Assembly: GCA_002269645.1 (NCBI GenBank)
Contig: NIVC01000089.1
Span: 620,001-684,000, forward strand
Direction of reading: 5' to 3'
Source: Macrostomum lignano
Lineage: Eukaryota
DNA: 64,000 nucleotides
How positions within the stretch are numbered: the first letter of the stretch is position 1; every line of letters begins with the position of its first letter. The notes below the pieces were generated by a model. The model searched no databases, was not told where the DNA came from, and saw only the letters and a program-made list of their open reading frames with translations. A program made the translations under genes and the position numbers. Below, in pieces: positions 63,024-64,000 of the stretch.

Positions 63024-64000
63024 ACGAAGAGCAAATGCTGAAGTCCATATAGTTTACTGAATTCACAAAATAAAATACGGTTGCTCAGCAACAAGTCTCA
63101 CTTGGAGTCGGATCGAAGTGTAGCCGCTAAAACTTTTTGGACTTTTCTTTTTTCTTATTTTTTGAAATTAGCGATGCAATTTGATAGTGTTTCGGTTCTT
63201 TAAGAAAACTCGTAGCAGAAAAAATTGAACAGTCAGCAAAAAATTTCTAAGAGTTTCATTTTTTGGATTTGGTCACGCGCGTGCAGGTAAATCCGGTCTG
63301 CGGAATTCCCACACTGCATGCGACAGCCTATTCCCTCTACTGACGCTCGCTTGTGGCTTACAAACCAAATGTCACGTCCCTGCAGTTCAACAAAAATTGG
63401 GAAGTTTTTGTTGATTGAATATTTAACTCTTCGTGTAGGGGCTTATCGCCGTTCACGAACTTAAGGACTTGAGTGGTACATACGCTCGTACAGGTGCTAG
63501 CTAATAAACGGTAAGTGTTTGCGTTCCCGAATAATTGTAAATTTGAACAGCAACAATAAGGGTTATCGAATAGAAATGTTAGCGGCCCTCATTCCGACCG
63601 TCTGCATTGCTGGCAGCGGCGATTTTGACTTTCGTCGTTTCGGTCTGCAGTAGCCCAGAAAGTCGCGGGCCGAGCAATACGCTCGTGTTCAGTGGGGTTG
63701 TAATAGTCAGGGATGAAGTTATTTTTAAAAGTTCAAGTCAAGATCAAAGCCTAAAGCTTGCCTTTCTCACATCTTGGTTCTAACATCTCACATACGGGCG
63801 TATTGAGCTCTGGCCCAAGTGAGCCATTTCTTTTGAGCTCTCTTTGACCCACCAAATAGGCACTTCTCTTTTGAGCTCTTTGACTTACTGAGCTATATTC
63901 GACTAATTATGAAATTACCTCGAGCCCTTGGCCGATGGAGTATTTCCTTAGGGACAATCTTTTTCCTAACTGGGCTGCAGGTGGGAACAATGAGTCCTGA

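Overview
Eukaryotic (metazoan) genomic DNA: GC-rich, Ala/Gln-rich exons with GT-AG introns packed with micro- and minisatellites. The style suggests a flatworm such as Macrostomum, but that is inference only. Exon chains were read by hand and checked for splice phase. Genes, left to right: 3' end of a probable USP40/USP47-like deubiquitinase (+); an 8-exon ammonium transporter (-); a possible orphan ORF (+); intronless SSUH2 (+); a 6-exon tandem-SH2 adaptor (-); a GT32 glycosyltransferase (-); a Rac-type GTPase (+); an MFSD8-like MFS transporter (-); an LHFPL/TMHS-family tetraspan (-); and a tandem pair of GM2-activator-like ML-domain genes (+). The first ML copy is missing exons 1-2. In their place are a degraded DIRS-order (probably Ngaro) tyrosine-recombinase retrotransposon, which starts at the former start-codon position, and BEL/Pao remnants. 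Other mobile DNA: an internally deleted Crypton with palindromic ends, three copies of a tRNA-derived CORE-like SINE, two LINE 3' fragments and a hAT-like MITE. No CRISPR arrays, rRNA or intact tRNA genes were seen. I cannot prove a new system here. The strongest leads are the Crypton end structure, the retroelement placed behind a host promoter, the tandem-SH2 adaptor, a 2.6 kb (CUAA)n array forming a 3' splice site, and a minisatellite that appears to derive from a SINE head.
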